Shown here piece after piece: positions 47,249-62,189 of a stretch of DNA of 64,000 bases. The notes under the pieces were generated by a model that was not told the DNA's origin, made no database searches, and saw nothing but the letters and a program-made list of their open reading frames with translations. Position numbers and translations under genes: made by a program. This DNA comes from the human T2T-CHM13v2.0 reference genome, Homo sapiens. The stretch's first letter is position 1; every line of letters begins with the position of its first letter. The stretch lies in NCBI RefSeq assembly GCF_009914755.1, contig NC_060926.1. One strand, written 5' to 3'.

Positions 47249-47952
47249 TAAAACTGGCTTTGCAAATATTATATCAGTGAGAAAAATTATAACAGTAAGC
47301 TGAGCTACCACCCACATACCCCCATCTTGCCTTTCTTTTAATTATTCCTGGGCTATTGGACCCAGCTAACTTTAGAAGACATTTAGGCTACAGTATAAAT
47401 GATAATAGGTCTTGCCCCAAATTTGACTGCTTTTGTAAAGCTAATGGGAGGCCATCAGCCTAGGGGGAGAGAGGAACCAGAGTCCTGCTAAGGTGCAGAC
47501 ATAAACGATTGTCAGCCATTACTCCTGAGGTTACAAGATATGCAATTTCCCTAATTACTCCTGCAAATAGCACCACTATTGTAGATCAGCCTTTTGAGAC
47601 ATCTTTCTGGGTTTTTTGCATGTTTGACGCTCATGGCTCCACCTGGACCACCAACCCTGCTCCTGTAGCCCCACCCAGAAGCATTCAGCCTAAAGAAGAA
47701 CAGCTTCCACCTGCTATGAGTTCATCTCTGCCCCATCCAATCAGCAGCAAGCACCTGTTACCTGGCTGCCCCTACACCTTCCTCCAATCTGCCTTTGAAA
47801 CACGTCTAACCTACAAGCTTTAGATAAGATAATGTGAATATGAATTCCATCTCCCAGGTAGCATGGCCAGCCTCATTTCTATTAAACTCTTTCTTTATGA
47901 CAATGCCATGGTCTTTCTGCAGTGGGCAAGAAGAATCCCTTGAGCGGCTATA
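47249..47952 (+). mobile_element. ERV1 solo LTR (LTR26/LTR8-like)
   Basis: aaactggctttgcaaa...gcaagaagaatcccttgagcggctata; TSD atat/atat. Confidence 0.75.
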
Positions 47953-48133
47953 ATATACTTTCTTATTTGAACTTTCCTGCTCCTTGCACATTAGGTGTAA
48001 TTCCTATCCTAACTTCTTAACCACACTTGGGCTTTGCTTTATCATTTTCTTGCCCCCACATATACGTAATTTTAAAAACAGTCTTTTCTGCATGGTTTTA
48101 AACTTTTCACAAAAGTAAACTTGCTGTATACAT

Positions 48134-48145
48134 TTGTGTGTGTGT

Positions 48146-48177
<32 letters not shown>
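48134..48177. repeat. (TG)n microsatellite
   Basis: Seen directly in sequence. Confidence 0.95.
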
Positions 48178-48472
48178 TTTGCTTTCTTTTGAGACAGACT
48201 CTCACTCTATCCCCCAGGCTGCAGTGCAGTGCCTGATCTCAGTTCACTGCCACCTCTGCTTCCTAGGTTCAAGCGATTCTCCTGCCTCAGCCTCCCAAGC
48301 AGCTGAGATTACAGGCACGCACCACCATGCCAGGCTAATTTTTGTATTTTTTGGTAGAGACAGGGTTTCACCATGTTAGCCAGGCTGGTCTCGAACTCGT
48401 AACTTTAGGTGATCCGCTTGTCTCGGCCTCCCATAGTGCTGGGGTTACAGGCGTAAGCCACCACGCCCAGCC
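48178..48472 (-). mobile_element. Alu (AluSx-like)
   Basis: Antisense dimeric Alu. Confidence 0.9.
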
Positions 48473-48863
48473 TTGTGTAATTTTTTTCCATTCAGATATA
48501 TGTGTATAAAATGCACCAATGCTGATGTTTGTAGCTCTAGTTTATTAATGGTAATTGACTCTGCATAAAAATATACCCCATATATAATCAATTTGGGGTT
48601 GATTTTTTTTAATTCTTTTTAATACCAGAAAATATATTTTTCTGTAGATGTCAACTTGTACACTTTATGAGATTTTCTCTAGCCTATATAGAATTGTTTG
48701 GTACTGGGTTATACAAATCTTCAAATTTTTTAGTTTCTTCCTAGTTATAGACTAGATTGTTTTAACCAATTTATACTTTCTCTGGAAGGGTATAGCAGTT
48801 ATGTTGTTGCACACCTTTGACAATTATTATTTTTACAACTTAAAATGTTTGTTAGATGGGTAT

Positions 48864-49257
48864 GGATAAAAGAAAAATTTTAGCCAAATTAACTTTAACA
48901 GAGTTTGAGCAAAGAATGAGTTGCAAATCAGACTGCCTCCTGAGTCGCAGTAGGCTGAGAGACTCCAGCACAGCCACATGCTGGAGGAAGATTTATGGAA
49001 AGAAAAAGGAAAGTGACCTACAAAAAATGGAAGTGAGGTACAGAAACAGCTGGACTGGTTACAGCTTGGTGCTTCCCTTATTTGAACATGATTTGCACAG
49101 TTGGCCAAAACTTTGGCCAAAACTCAGTGATTGGCACAAGAACAGACTACAGTCTGTTTACAACTCCATTTAGGTTATAGTTCACAGTGTACAGAGAAAC
49201 TACAGGTGAAACTTAAAATATGTAAGGAGGCAGCTTTAGGCTAAACTTTATTTGACG
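48864..49257 (-). mobile_element. MER57-family solo LTR (ERV1)
   Basis: cttaaaatatgtaaggaggcagctttaggctaaac; TSD gtat/gtat. Confidence 0.85.
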
Positions 49258-49734
49258 GTATGAAAGAGTATCTTTTTATGTTTTCTAATTGACAACTTTC
49301 TATTTAATAGTGAAGCTGATCATCTTTTCAAATGTTTCTTGGTAATTCAGCTATCTTCTTTTTGTAGATTGCCTATTTTCTTTTGCACATATTTCTTATA
49401 AGGTTTCTGTCTTTGCTTTTTAATATTTCTTTATAAGTGATATATATTATAATTTATAATAATAAAAGTTGATTAAATACATTATAAATACTGTTTGTAG
49501 AGTATGGTTATATTTTAATTTTTCTCATTGCCATTAAATAAATTTTATTTTAAATACCAATTTATAAATACTTTTTATTTGAGCATTTTAAATTTGAGCA
49601 TCTTGTGTTAGGAAATTATTTTCTTTCCAGAATTGGTGGATATATTATTGTGTATTTTATTCTAAAAGTTCCAAGTTTCTTTTCCGTAGCTAATAATTAA
49701 TTTACCTGTAATTAAATTGTCTATATGGTATAGA

Positions 49735-50263
49735 GGTTAAGGGAAAATGCCTCCTTCTCCCTCTGAAGGTTTGATGAAAAATGAACTGACAAAAGGCAGA
49801 TAATAAATAGCATACAAATTCATCAATGTGCACGTGAACAAGAACTGCAGACTGACTGCTCCAACCCCCGCAACAGGGTGTAGAAGCTTGAGGTTACAGA
49901 AACATGGGGGCTTGGGTTGTGGCAAATAGGTTATGGGAGAGAAAGAAATGGAGGAATGACTAGCAAAAGTAGCTGTGTTATGTAGATAAAATTTCACAGG
50001 TAGCAGCCTTCAAAGAGAATAAATGGTAAAATGTTTCAATTGGACCATTAATGTTTTCAGATACCTGGTTAATCTTTCTTAGATCTGAAAAGGGAAGGCC
50101 TCAGAGAAAGCCTGGCTTCATCTATGCAGATTCTCTACAGATTCAAATCTCCCCCACAAAAGACAGCTTTGCAAGGCTACTTCTGTTTGTGTGCTCTCTG
50201 AATGGCCATCTAACAATATGTCTAAGAAATATATTTTGGGGTGAAATATTTCTATTTCTTTCA
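49735..50263 (-). mobile_element. MER4-group ERV1 solo LTR (exact family uncertain)
   Basis: aaagacagctttgcaagg...aaatatattttggggtgaaatatt...ttca. Confidence 0.7.
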
Positions 50264-52134
50264 ATGGTGTTAGGTGAGAGTCCAATTCATTTTATTATTT
50301 TCCCAGCAGCACTTATTAAACAGTTCATCCATCCCATGATGGTCTCTATGGCAGACACATAAACATAGGAGTCTATTTCCAAGACCCTTATTCTCTTACT
50401 TCATTCTATTTATTTTTAGCTGAACATTACTTTTCTTTTGGGGGCCACTCCAAGTTAATGTCTAAGTAGAGGTATCTGTGACTACACAAAGAAGATAAAT
50501 GCAAATCACAAATACATTTGAGGGAAGGTAAGTGCTTCTTAATTCTCAAAAGATACTTTTTGAACCTATAGCTCATTTCAGGACAGTCAATGACCATTGT
50601 CTCCTTTGCCAATATGACGACTTTTCCACCTCATCCATGTGGTGAGAATTTCACTGGATGGGTTTCAGCTGTAGGTGAGGGTCCCAATTCTCCTTATTGC
50701 AGGGACACAACCCTGTCCTCTGCTGCTTAAACAACTGCTACAGTGTCACCGTAGGCTAGAGCAGCTTCCAATCTGCACTGCCTTACCTCCCTGGTTTTCA
50801 GCTCCCTTTTTCATCTGTGATCACTGGCATTTCTCTTACTTTCTTGGGCAGTAAAGAGTGGCTTAAACAAAGCAAAACAAAATGAAACCAAACAGAACCA
50901 AGTAACCATAACCAACTGAACAAAAACCAAAAGCAGACATTTGCTATACATTCAGTATTTGCGGGTGCTATATTATATATCGGGAATTTTTTTTACAGGA
51001 TATCTGGTATATTATTGTACTAGAATTGAAAGTCCAGACAAGATTTGTAGGAGTTCTGATAGAATGGATAGTAGAAAAGGGAGCAGTCTCTGCACAGCAT
51101 CTTTCCCCACACGATGTATTATTGTTCTTTATAATGGAATATAAATCCTTTCAGATAAGGATGTGCTGTTCATTTCTCTTCAGTTCCACACTCCCCTCAT
51201 TTTTTTTCCTACACTCTGTGTGCCTCTTTGTTATCTTTCTGGTGGCTAAAGGCATTAAAGTTTGGAATACCTGATTTAAGCATTTAATTCTCTCTTTTAT
51301 ATATTTATCCCACTCTTCAGTTTGAAGAGCTTTCTACTTGCTGCTGGTAATAGAAGAAAAATTAGACTAGGATAGGCTTCTGTCTCTTTGACATCTATTA
51401 AAATAACAGCGCTTGCCTCAAGCAGTTGACCTTCTTTCTTGTTCATCCTCCCACTGAAAACATTGCCTGAAGAACCAGTTTTCTGATGTTTATTACTGTC
51501 ATAAGCCACAGCTCATTCTGAGCTCATGTTCTGCCACTCGTCTTCTACACCTTTGTCACTCTCTTTTACTCTTCCATGGATATATGCATGTCTCTGAACC
51601 ACTTATAATTAAAAAAGAAAATAAAGAAGGGGGAGGGAGGGACAGAGAGAAAGGGAGAAAGGGGAAAATAGGAGAAAAGGAGAAAGAGTCCAGAATCTTG
51701 AAAGAAAAAAAGACATTGGACTTCCTTACTATGCATTTTACATTATTTTCATTTGATTTTTTTAAGTTATTCATGGTTCTCAATAAAAATTCCATTTTTT
51801 ACATGGTAATTAATTTTGAATCATTTTCCTTTCTAAAGTGTCACTAAATCATAGCTATATTTTATATACAAAAATCTGCTTTCAAAAACTTTATGAAAAC
51901 TGTCAATCGTTGAGCAATCTCCTATTTTGTTACCATAAGCTCTCAAAGGATATAGTCCCATCTAGATCATGAATACATTACTCCTGTTGATATTTTATTT
52001 CCCTGTTGACATTTTATTTCCCCCTCAAAGTTTCAAGTGATTAAATGTATCTAAAATGTTTATATAACTTTATAAAGTAATACTATCAAAACTACTCACA
52101 TCAATGAAAGTTCCCAATTTTGGTCGGGGCGGGG

Positions 52135-52906
52135 TGTGGGGGCTCAGAGAACAATAACCAAGTATAGTGCTCTGGCAGGCTGAGTACTTTTGAATTAAAG
52201 GAAATTGGAAGGACTTAGAAGCTGCCTCAGAATGAAGGACTTTCTAACCTTTTTTTGTTTTTCTCCTGCCAAGTACAGGGAGGCATTCTCCCTGGAAGTT
52301 CCCTTGTCTGACTGGGAAAAACTTCTTCCAAAAGAAATGCAATTGTCTTGTAACCTCTTTAGGAATATTATCAAATAACCAGAAAAGATTAACCACCAGA
52401 GAGGAGAAAAGACTAAAAGTCATCACCATGTGCAGACAAACTTTTCACCTATTCTTCTAAGGGTAGCTCTGAGAGATTACCTGGGAGACGGTATCTGCAT
52501 AATAAGAAAAACCTTTGTTCACAGTGAAGCTCCTTTTCTAACCTTCTTGAGGTTAATTGCCATCTCTCTTAATGAGCTCAGAGAAACATTGTCCCAGGTC
52601 ATTGTTTATTCTTGAGGTCCCGTTCAGTATTAAAAGAGAATTATTTACAAACTATTGTCTGTTCCTTGGGCCCAGATTAAGTCTTCTAAAAATCATTTAC
52701 CACACCCTCAAAATTGCTTACATTCCTCCATCTCCCTCTCCCTTATGAAGAGGGCACTATTTAAGCTTTAATCATTCAGCTCTTCTTTGAGTCATATTTT
52801 GTATGGCTCCTATATACATTTGAACATTAGTAAAACTGTATATTGTTTTCCCCTGTTAATCTATTTTCAATTTATTTTAGCAGACCAGATTTACCCGTAC
52901 CCTACC
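52135..52906 (+). mobile_element. MER34/MER39-family LTR
   Basis: tcagagaacaataaccaagtatagtgctctggcaggctgagtactttt...ccctac. Confidence 0.7.
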
Positions 52907-53101
52907 TAATATTTTCCCTTTGACAATAAAGCTTTTAGAAAATAATAGATGTTTGATACATATTTGTCAGTATTGAATTGAAACTAACTTGAATTGGGGA
53001 ATTTATCAGAGTTATTTTTGATCTACTAAGAATAACATCTTACAACCTTTCTTGCTACATCACCAATAGTGCAGTAAATAGGTGTTCAGAATTTATGTTC
53101 C

Positions 53102-53817
53102 TGTTACAGTAGGTAGCTAATCAGCCATGAGCAGGACAGGAAAGGGCTCCCCCTACCCACCAGGAATGTCAGGCAACCATCAGGTGATAGTCCTGCAGTT
53201 GTTACATTGCTTCTCTAAAATGATAATTGGTCACAGCGGGTGCCAGGGAGAGGAAATTTCCCAGTAGATAGAGACACCTGAAATTGGTGATCGGTAGCTT
53301 CCAATAAGATCTCAGGAACTGGGTGAGTGGGCTTGAGCATGCACATTAAAAGGAAAAATGGCACAGTATGACCTTCTGGGGGCACTGCACTGGAAAAGAA
53401 AAAAAAGTCTCAGGTGAGTATGCATACACCTCCAGTAAACACACTGTGCATGCTTACCTCCCCAGTACTAGCAGGCCACCGTGCATGCGGGGAGATCACT
53501 TTAAGAGAAGAATCAGGGGGAAAAGGATGCAAGACCCCAGAAGTATGCCAATATATAAAACTTTAAAAGTAAAAAGATCAAACCCCACACTTGACCTCCA
53601 AGAAGCCCATTTGGGTCTCTTCCAAATGTACTTTTCTTTCTTTCCTGCTGTAAAGCTTTTTTAGTAAACTTCCACTCCTGCTCTGAAACTTGCCTCAGTC
53701 TCTTTTTCTGCCTTAAGCCTCTTAGTTGAATTCTTTCTTCTCAGGAGACAAGAATTAAGGTTGTTGCAGACCCATACTGATTCGTCGCTGGTGACTTGGA
53801 TACTCTCCACCACTTAC
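53102..53817 (+). mobile_element. ERV1 solo LTR, MER50-like
   Basis: Colinear with 42578-43284. Confidence 0.85.
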
Positions 53818-54184
53818 TGTCATGCGCGTCCATGTGAAGAGACCACCAAACAAGCTTTGTGTGAGTAATAAAGCTTTTTAATCACCTGGGTGCAGGAAGG
53901 CTGAGTCCAAAAAGAGAGTCAGCGAAGGGAGTTAGGGGTTGGGCCGTTTTATAGGATTTGGGTAGGTAGTGGAAATTTATAGTCAAAGGGGGTTGTTCTC
54001 TGGCGGGCAGGGGCGGGGCTCACAAGGTGCTCAGTTGGGGAGCTTCTGAGCCAGGAGAAGAAATTTCACAAGGTAATGTCATCAGTTAAGGCAGGAACTG
54101 GCCATTTTCACTTCTTTTGTGATTCTTCACTTGCTTCAGGCCATCTGGATGTATATGTGCAGGCTTGGGCTCAGAGGCCTGACA
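53818..54184 (-). mobile_element. HERV-H LTR7-family solo LTR
   Basis: tgtcatgcgcgtccatgtgaagagaccaccaaac...gcttgggctcagaggcctgaca. Confidence 0.92.
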
Positions 54185-54909
54185 CATTCAGATTGATGAT
54201 TCTGAGGACTTGCAGGATCTCAACCCTGCAAGTTTGATCCTGAGTTTGATCAGTAATTTCATTACAGAGAAGCCACTAATTGGCTACCATGGCTTTAGGC
54301 ATTTTAGGAAAATTTTCTATAGTAAAACTTAATTTGTGTGTGTGTAGAGTCACCCCTTGGCTGATCAGGAAATTCATTTTTCTGGCTACTTGGATTTTCC
54401 AGATATTTTGATCGAGCATCTTCTCATCATTTTTATATATGATAATTACATACATGCAAGCTTCATGTTGTACTGATATAATCTGTTTTTAAAGCAAGAA
54501 AGTTCAAAGGGAATTGAATCAACTATAGAGCTGTCTTTATAAACTAAATTACCTATGTAAATTATTTAACCTTTTCTACTTATCTCTTAGTAAAAGACAT
54601 TTTAAAAATATCACTTCATATGCAAATCCCTTTATAGGCAGAGAATTTTAGTGTTGGCTTTTCTTTTGAAATTTGAGGTTTGACAGGCTAGCTCTCACCA
54701 GCTTCAGATTTTATTTTCCTACCTATTGTTTTAAGTTTGATGCTCAAAATAAGTCACTAGGTAACTGGTATCAACTTGTTTGTGATTTTTAATGCCAAAG
54801 AGTGAGGCTTTTCACAGTTGATTAGCTGAGTTAAACAAGCCATGCTCTTTCATTCAATAGTTTAGAAAACAGGCCTAAAACAAAATAAATGTTCCAAATT
54901 ACATACTAT

Positions 54910-55482
54910 TGATATAGGAGTTAAGGAGGAATTACTTAGGCAGATAGCAAGGGCATGAGAGTCCTTGGTAAGGCTTTTCTTTTTAATGAAACGCAGCCCC
55001 AAATCATTTTCTAACAAAGAGCAGCCTGCAAGCTGGAAGCTTGCAAAGGTGAATGCTGGCAGGAACTAAGGATTAGACATCTTCAAAATGGCGGCACAAT
55101 CTTCCCTTCTCTGCCAGCCACAAGTACAGCAAGAGGAAGACAGTAGGGTATCAATGAATGGGAAAGTCCATTTGCATAAGAAGATTAGAGTGGGGCAACC
55201 AGCCTTCCCCACCCACTATGTAAAGGTCACACCTGATCGAACCAATCTGTGAGCCCTAGGTAAATCAGACACCACGTCCTTAAACTGAACTGTAAAACTC
55301 TGCGCATTCGCTGCGCCCGCTCTCTTTCATTTCGGAGAGCTCTTACTCTATAGAGGGAGCTGTTTCTCTTTCTACCTATTAAATCTTCGCTCCTAAAATC
55401 CTCATCTGTTTCCATGTCCTAAATTTTCCTGGCACGTGATGACGATCCCCAGGTTCATACCCCAGACAACGTAGCCACTTCA
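54910..55482 (+). mobile_element. LTR9-family solo LTR (ERV1)
   Basis: tgatataggagttaagg...gtagccacttca; near-TSD ctat/ttat. Confidence 0.8.
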
Positions 55483-55499
55483 TTATTAAGAATATTCTA

Positions 55500-55809
55500 G
55501 GCCGGGCGCGGTGGCTTACGCCTGTAATCCCAGCACTTTGGGAGGCCGAGGCGGGCGGATCACGAGGTCAGGAGATCAATGCCATCCTGTATAACACGGT
55601 GAAACCCCATCTCTACTAAAAATACCAAAAAAATTAGCCAGGCGTGGTGGAGGGTGCCTGTAATCCCAGCTACTCCGGAGGCTGAGGCAGGGGAATGGCG
55701 TTAACCCGGGAGGCGGAGCTTGCCGTGGGTCGAGATCTTGCCACTGCACTCAAGCCTGGGTGAGAGAGCGAGACTCCATCTCAACAACAACAACAACAAC
55801 AACAAAAAA
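55500..55809 (+). mobile_element. AluY-like element with (CAA)n tail
   Basis: Y diagnostics; TSD aagaatattcta. Confidence 0.92.
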
Positions 55810-55846
55810 GAATATTCTAATTATTTGGCCTGCCTGATAGGCATTC

Positions 55847-56168
55847 TTTTTATTGTTTTATTTTATTTTACTTATTTATTTATTTTGAGACGGAGTCTTG
55901 CTCTAGTCGCCCAGGCTGGAGTGCAGTGGTGCAATCTTGGCTACCTGCACCTCTGCCTCCCGTGTTCAAGCGATTCTCCTGCCTCAGCCTCCGGAGTAGC
56001 TGGGATTCCAGGCGCCCGTCACCTTGTTGGCTAATTTTTTTTGTATTTTTAGTAGAGACGAGGTTTCTCCATGTTAGGCAGGCTGGTCTAGAACTCCTGA
56101 CCTCATGATCCACCCACCTCAGCCTCCCAAAGTGCTGAGATTACAGGTGTGAGCCACCAAGCCCAGCC
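55847..56168 (-). mobile_element. AluS-family element
   Basis: Antisense dimeric Alu with (TTTA)n tail; TSD about aggcattctt/aggacattctt. Confidence 0.9.
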
Positions 56169-56910
56169 AGGACATTCTTACGTGAAGCAATACCACTGAA
56201 TAACTGTTACAAAGCAATATATTTCTTAATTTGGTAGATTATAACATATTAATATTTTACTAAGAAGTTAAAAATATCACTCAATAAAGAATGAGGTTAA
56301 ACTAAACTGATACCTGTTCTCCATTTTCTAATAAATTTTTGAATGGCATGTTCAGCTTGGAGATGAATAGTTATCCAGAGTAGTGGACAAATTGCCACTG
56401 AATAGATACCCTAGGAACTAGCCACTTCTTATATATAACATATATAGCTATATATAGATATATATCTAAGATGAGCATTTTGAGGCAAGGAAAAGCACAA
56501 CGAAAAACAATAGTGTGCCTCTTGCAGCAGCTAGCGGTCATCTGACTTATCAGAAGGAGTCAGACTTCAGGGTGAGGCTGGAGACACAGCCAGCAGGCAG
56601 CCCACTTTAAATAATTCTTGCCTGCAGCAGAGCTTTACAGCAATAGAGCAATTAGGAATCGATTGCTTATTAAGATTTCCCACCATGTTGCACTGTCATT
56701 TTCAGGTCAGTCTTCAGGGAACTTTGTTTACTTAGAGCAAGGATGGAAAGTTATTTCAGATCTGGAAAATGGTTCTCTGGTAGAAACATTTATAGACTAT
56801 ATTTAAACAAGAATTTGACATTGATGTAGATAGTCTAATTTAAAGTTACAAGGCACCCCTAGGTTTTATGACTTGATGAGTTTGGTTACCATTTGTCAGT
56901 TTTCTGATTG

Positions 56911-57120
56911 ATTGTATTTTTTGGTAGAGATAGGGTTTCGCCTTGTTGGCCAGACTAGTTTCAAACTCCTGAGCTCAAGCAGTCACCCAGCCTCGGCCTC
57001 CCAAAAGTGCTGATTACAGGCATAAGCTGTGCTTGGCTTCAGATCATTATTTTTCTCGTTGTTGTTGCTGTTGTTGTTGTTGTTGTTGTTTTGGAGACAG
57101 AGTTTTGCTCTTGTCGCCCT
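56911..57120 (-). mobile_element. Alu left-arm fragment plus a short Alu 3' end with (GTT)n tail
   Basis: Left monomer at 56911-57037; gagacagagttttgctcttgtcgccc at ~57094-57119. Confidence 0.8.
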
Positions 57121-57848
57121 TATCTGTCCTTCCTGTCTGGAACTAATTTGCTGCTGACCCATCTCTGGCCATAGTATAAAAACCCTATTTCCAACAATAT
57201 ACTAGACATTACACCTGCATGTCACAAAAGCATCCAACTTAGGTTAAAATTGAATGTACACCAATCCCACTTCCCGTGAATACTGGATACTCATGTTTTT
57301 ATACTCATGTATATTATCTCTCGTAGTTAATATTATTAAATGAGTTTCAAAAAAAGAGTTTCTAACAAATTATTCTTGGGCTGTGACTCATTCTTGGTGG
57401 AGTAATATTTTAATAAACCGTATCAAGTGAATGTGGGAACCTAATAGGCAAAATGTGGTATACAAGGCACAGAAAGAAAGGCTTCATCCTGAACATCTTG
57501 TGATTTTCATAGATGAGTTCGGAAACAAACTGGAAGCAGAACTATATTACTCCACATCACGATTATCGAGTGACTAAAGTATCTAGACGGAATGTAGAAA
57601 AGAGCCTCCAGCAAGGTTGGACATTCTATGGGGTTAGGAATCATGGACAAGATATAACGAATTATATTTTATCCAAATATTTGCTTTTAAAGAAGTTTTC
57701 TTTTTTAAAATATTTTTATTAGGAGTGTATATTCCAATATCTCTTCTTACTCTTCATTAAATCTTACATTGCTCAGTAATGCTTATGCAGAAGTGTATTA
57801 TTTAGGGAAAATTCAAAGAAATGCTGAATTCTCTGGCTAATAATTATC

Positions 57849-59030
<1,182 letters not shown>

Positions 59031-59269
59031 TTACTATTATTTTTAGATTGTGGATGAAAAACTAAAGAGGTTAAATAACTGGTATATTGTAAAGCTGGCG
59101 TCTGAATGCGGGCCTCTCAGATTCTAAGGTTTACACTATACCACCTCTCATAAAGTCACACAAAGGCAAAAGCCTTCTAATCCACATAACTTACACAATT
59201 TTGTCTTATCAAGATTTATGTTTGAATGAATGCATTTCATTCATTTATACTCTTATCCCTTTGAAACAT

Positions 59270-60190
59270 CTCCCAATCTAGTGGGTCTTCTATAGTGTTA
59301 CCTGATGTATCTTGATAGTAACAAATGTCATTACATCATTTCATCATTTAAAAACTTTCTATTGATTGACTATAGCATAAAATCTATACTTCCTAGTCTG
59401 GCATTCATGAGTTTTGATAATGTGGCTCCAACATTCTTCAAATTATTCTCTTTATACATTACCATGTCATAGTTGTTTAGTCACAATTTCTCATACTTTC
59501 TCATCAGAGTATGTCTTATCACAGTTGTGACTTTATGCATACTGCACAGTTTTAATCCTTCAAGTCTTACTTCAATATCAAGATAATTTTCTTTTTAAAA
59601 TAGGGTCATAGAGTCAGTTTTCCTTCACTACAGACCTAAGTATCAGGTTCTTAGGTTACAGAGAACCCACTAATTGCCTCCAGGTGTGTTTCTCACCTCT
59701 TAGGTAAAATCTTTCATCTTTATTAATATGAAGTCTCTCTGCTTTGAACAGGATTTGGACCAGATTTGCCTATTCATAAATTATTTAGGAATCAGTGTTG
59801 TGCTAAGCATTTGGTAGACAACGCTGGACTCGACAAAGATAGGCAAAGACCTGGAGGTAGAATGGATGGTCTTAACAATGATACAAGAATATACACCATG
59901 GGAAGATCATGGAGGGCTTTCTAAGACACACTAAGTAAATTAAGCTTCATAATTAAAAAGTGGTAAGTTATTAGAATGTTTTGAGTAAGAGTATGAGGAG
60001 TCAGATTTATTATATTCTGACTGCATTATCAAGATAAGCCTGGAGAGTAATAAGCCTGGACTCTGAGGGACAAATTAAAGAATGCTGCAGACATCCTAGG
60101 AGGAAAGGCAGTGCTTTGGACTATAATGACAATAGGGATGATAAGAAGCATTTAGAAGAGTTGGTAATAGGTTGCTTGTGAAAGTGGGTG
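59270..60190. mobile_element. L2 fragments in both orientations
   Basis: Decayed L2-like motifs. Confidence 0.4.
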
Positions 60191-60412
60191 TTTGGTGGTT
60201 GGATAGTAGAAATCATTTTCATACATTCTGTAAATAACTCAGATTTATATTCTGATTTCCCTGAATCAGCATTTCAATAAAAGCAATTGTGACCATTTTC
60301 TAAAGCAGTGTATGAATGTTTCTTAGAGAGTCTCAGCGTCTTTTACTTTATAAGCATTTATTTTTGCCGGTGAGGTATCAGACAGAAATCTCCAAGGTGC
60401 TTTATTTTTCAG

Positions 60413-60480
60413 ATGAGTTGTGAAAAGATATAAGTCTTTGTTTCTTCACTGCACAATTTTTCACTGAATTCATGATCAAG
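60413..60480 (+). other. Candidate small exon (68 nt)
   Basis: tttatttttcag acceptor; AAG/gtgagt consensus donor. Confidence 0.3.
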
Positions 60481-62189
60481 GTGAGTAATGTTTTGCAAAG
60501 AAGTTTAATGTAGCTTTGCAGTTTCAGCATTCAGCAGCTGTGGAAATAGGGGGTTCACTTTAATGCTGCCTTCCCATTTATTTCTAAGGTCACATGCAAT
60601 CTATGGAAAGCCTCTACTGTCACTTCAGAAATTGCTCAATCTTTAGTTCTATCTTCCATTTGTAAATATTTCTCACATCTGGCCTTCAATCTATTGGCCT
60701 CATACCCACATTATGCCTTAAAGTTTAGTCCTCCTGGAAGGAGACAATTCCTTGCTTATGATTTAAAAACTCAGAAAGTTATTTTTGCAGCCGCCTTCTC
60801 AGATTTTTATTATAAACTGGAGATAGAAAGCCTTTATGATGAAAGTACATTTCTGGAATATGTGACTTTAGTCTGGACCTCATTAATACTAGCTTATATT
60901 GGATTTTCCCTAAATTTACAGATTAGAACTACTAAGGAAGATTCGTGATGATTCTGCATTAACATGTTAATAAACAGTTGAGGAGCCTAATCTTGCTACA
61001 ATTCAAGATTTACTTTGAGTGAGAGAGGTAAAGTAAAACTCGAAAACATCCTGAGAGAGTCATGCTTAATAGAATGACAAGAATTATAGAACCTATGTCC
61101 TGCAGATATTTCCTTTTTCTCTTCTCTTTTTTGCATTCGGAAGATAGTGCAATGGGAAAAAAGTTTAAGAATTTAGATTTTAGGAGGTCAGGCAGACAGT
61201 CTATATTTGAGTATGCACATTACTTTAAAAAACTAAATGAAGATCCATATGGAGGCAACTGCTAATAGCATGTACTTGTGTGCACACACAAACACACACA
61301 ACAAGGCAAACGGCTTAAAGAGCTATGTGACCTAGGGATTTTTAATATTTAAAACCGTGTAGAATGTGAAATACGTCACAATAAAAAGTGAAACTTAATT
61401 CTTACAGATTAAAAAAAGGTAGAAAGATTCTACTTTAAGTAAAATAAAGATATCGTTTCCTTTAAAATATCGTTTGACATTTGGAAACTTCTAAAACTCC
61501 CAAGAGTACATGGAAAATTGAAAGCAGTTTACAACAGTGAAAACTGAAGGATTTGCTCAGTCATCACCTCATGGCATGCTCAAACTTGGTCTCATGAACA
61601 GAGAGTCAAAACATTGTTTGCTGTCACTCCACCTATGGACTGTCCTCTCACTAAAAGCCCAGAATTTCTTAGAATCTGAAAGTGGGTGGTGATTTTGGAC
61701 TTGATATACTAAAACCTCCCTCGTCTTTTCAGTCTATTTAGAGAAGAAAAAAAAAAAAACTCTAAGAAAAACAGTTTGCCAGAAAAATAAGCAGATCAGT
61801 GGTAAAGAGTTAGATCTAGAAAGAAGGGACCTCACTGTAAAAATGTTCAGATAGAAACTGACAAAATGAACTCAAATACCAGACCATATTGTAATGCTGC
61901 AGAAACCTCATCCTTTCAAAGTATCATGAACTAATTAAGAAAGGGAAGGTGTCATTTTAGCTTTTAGGCAAAACTGCAATAAACAGAGTATAAGATAATT
62001 TGAAGCACTTGAATATTTACAAAAAATGAACAAAAGGACTACGAGGGAAACAATGATAGGTCAAAATGTAGAAATATTAAAGATTAAATTCTGAGGGCTC
62101 AATTCACCAAATCTAGAATATAATAAACAGTGGAACAAAGATACTTCAAACTATAAAAGCATGTCCCTGTTTTTTGTTTTGTTTTGTTT

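Noticed and set aside
42578-53817. Two MER50-like LTRs as the ends of one provirus containing the pol/env fragment
   Set aside because: The first has its own near-TSD, the two LTRs differ substantially, and the internal fragment ends in a different (MER61-like) LTR
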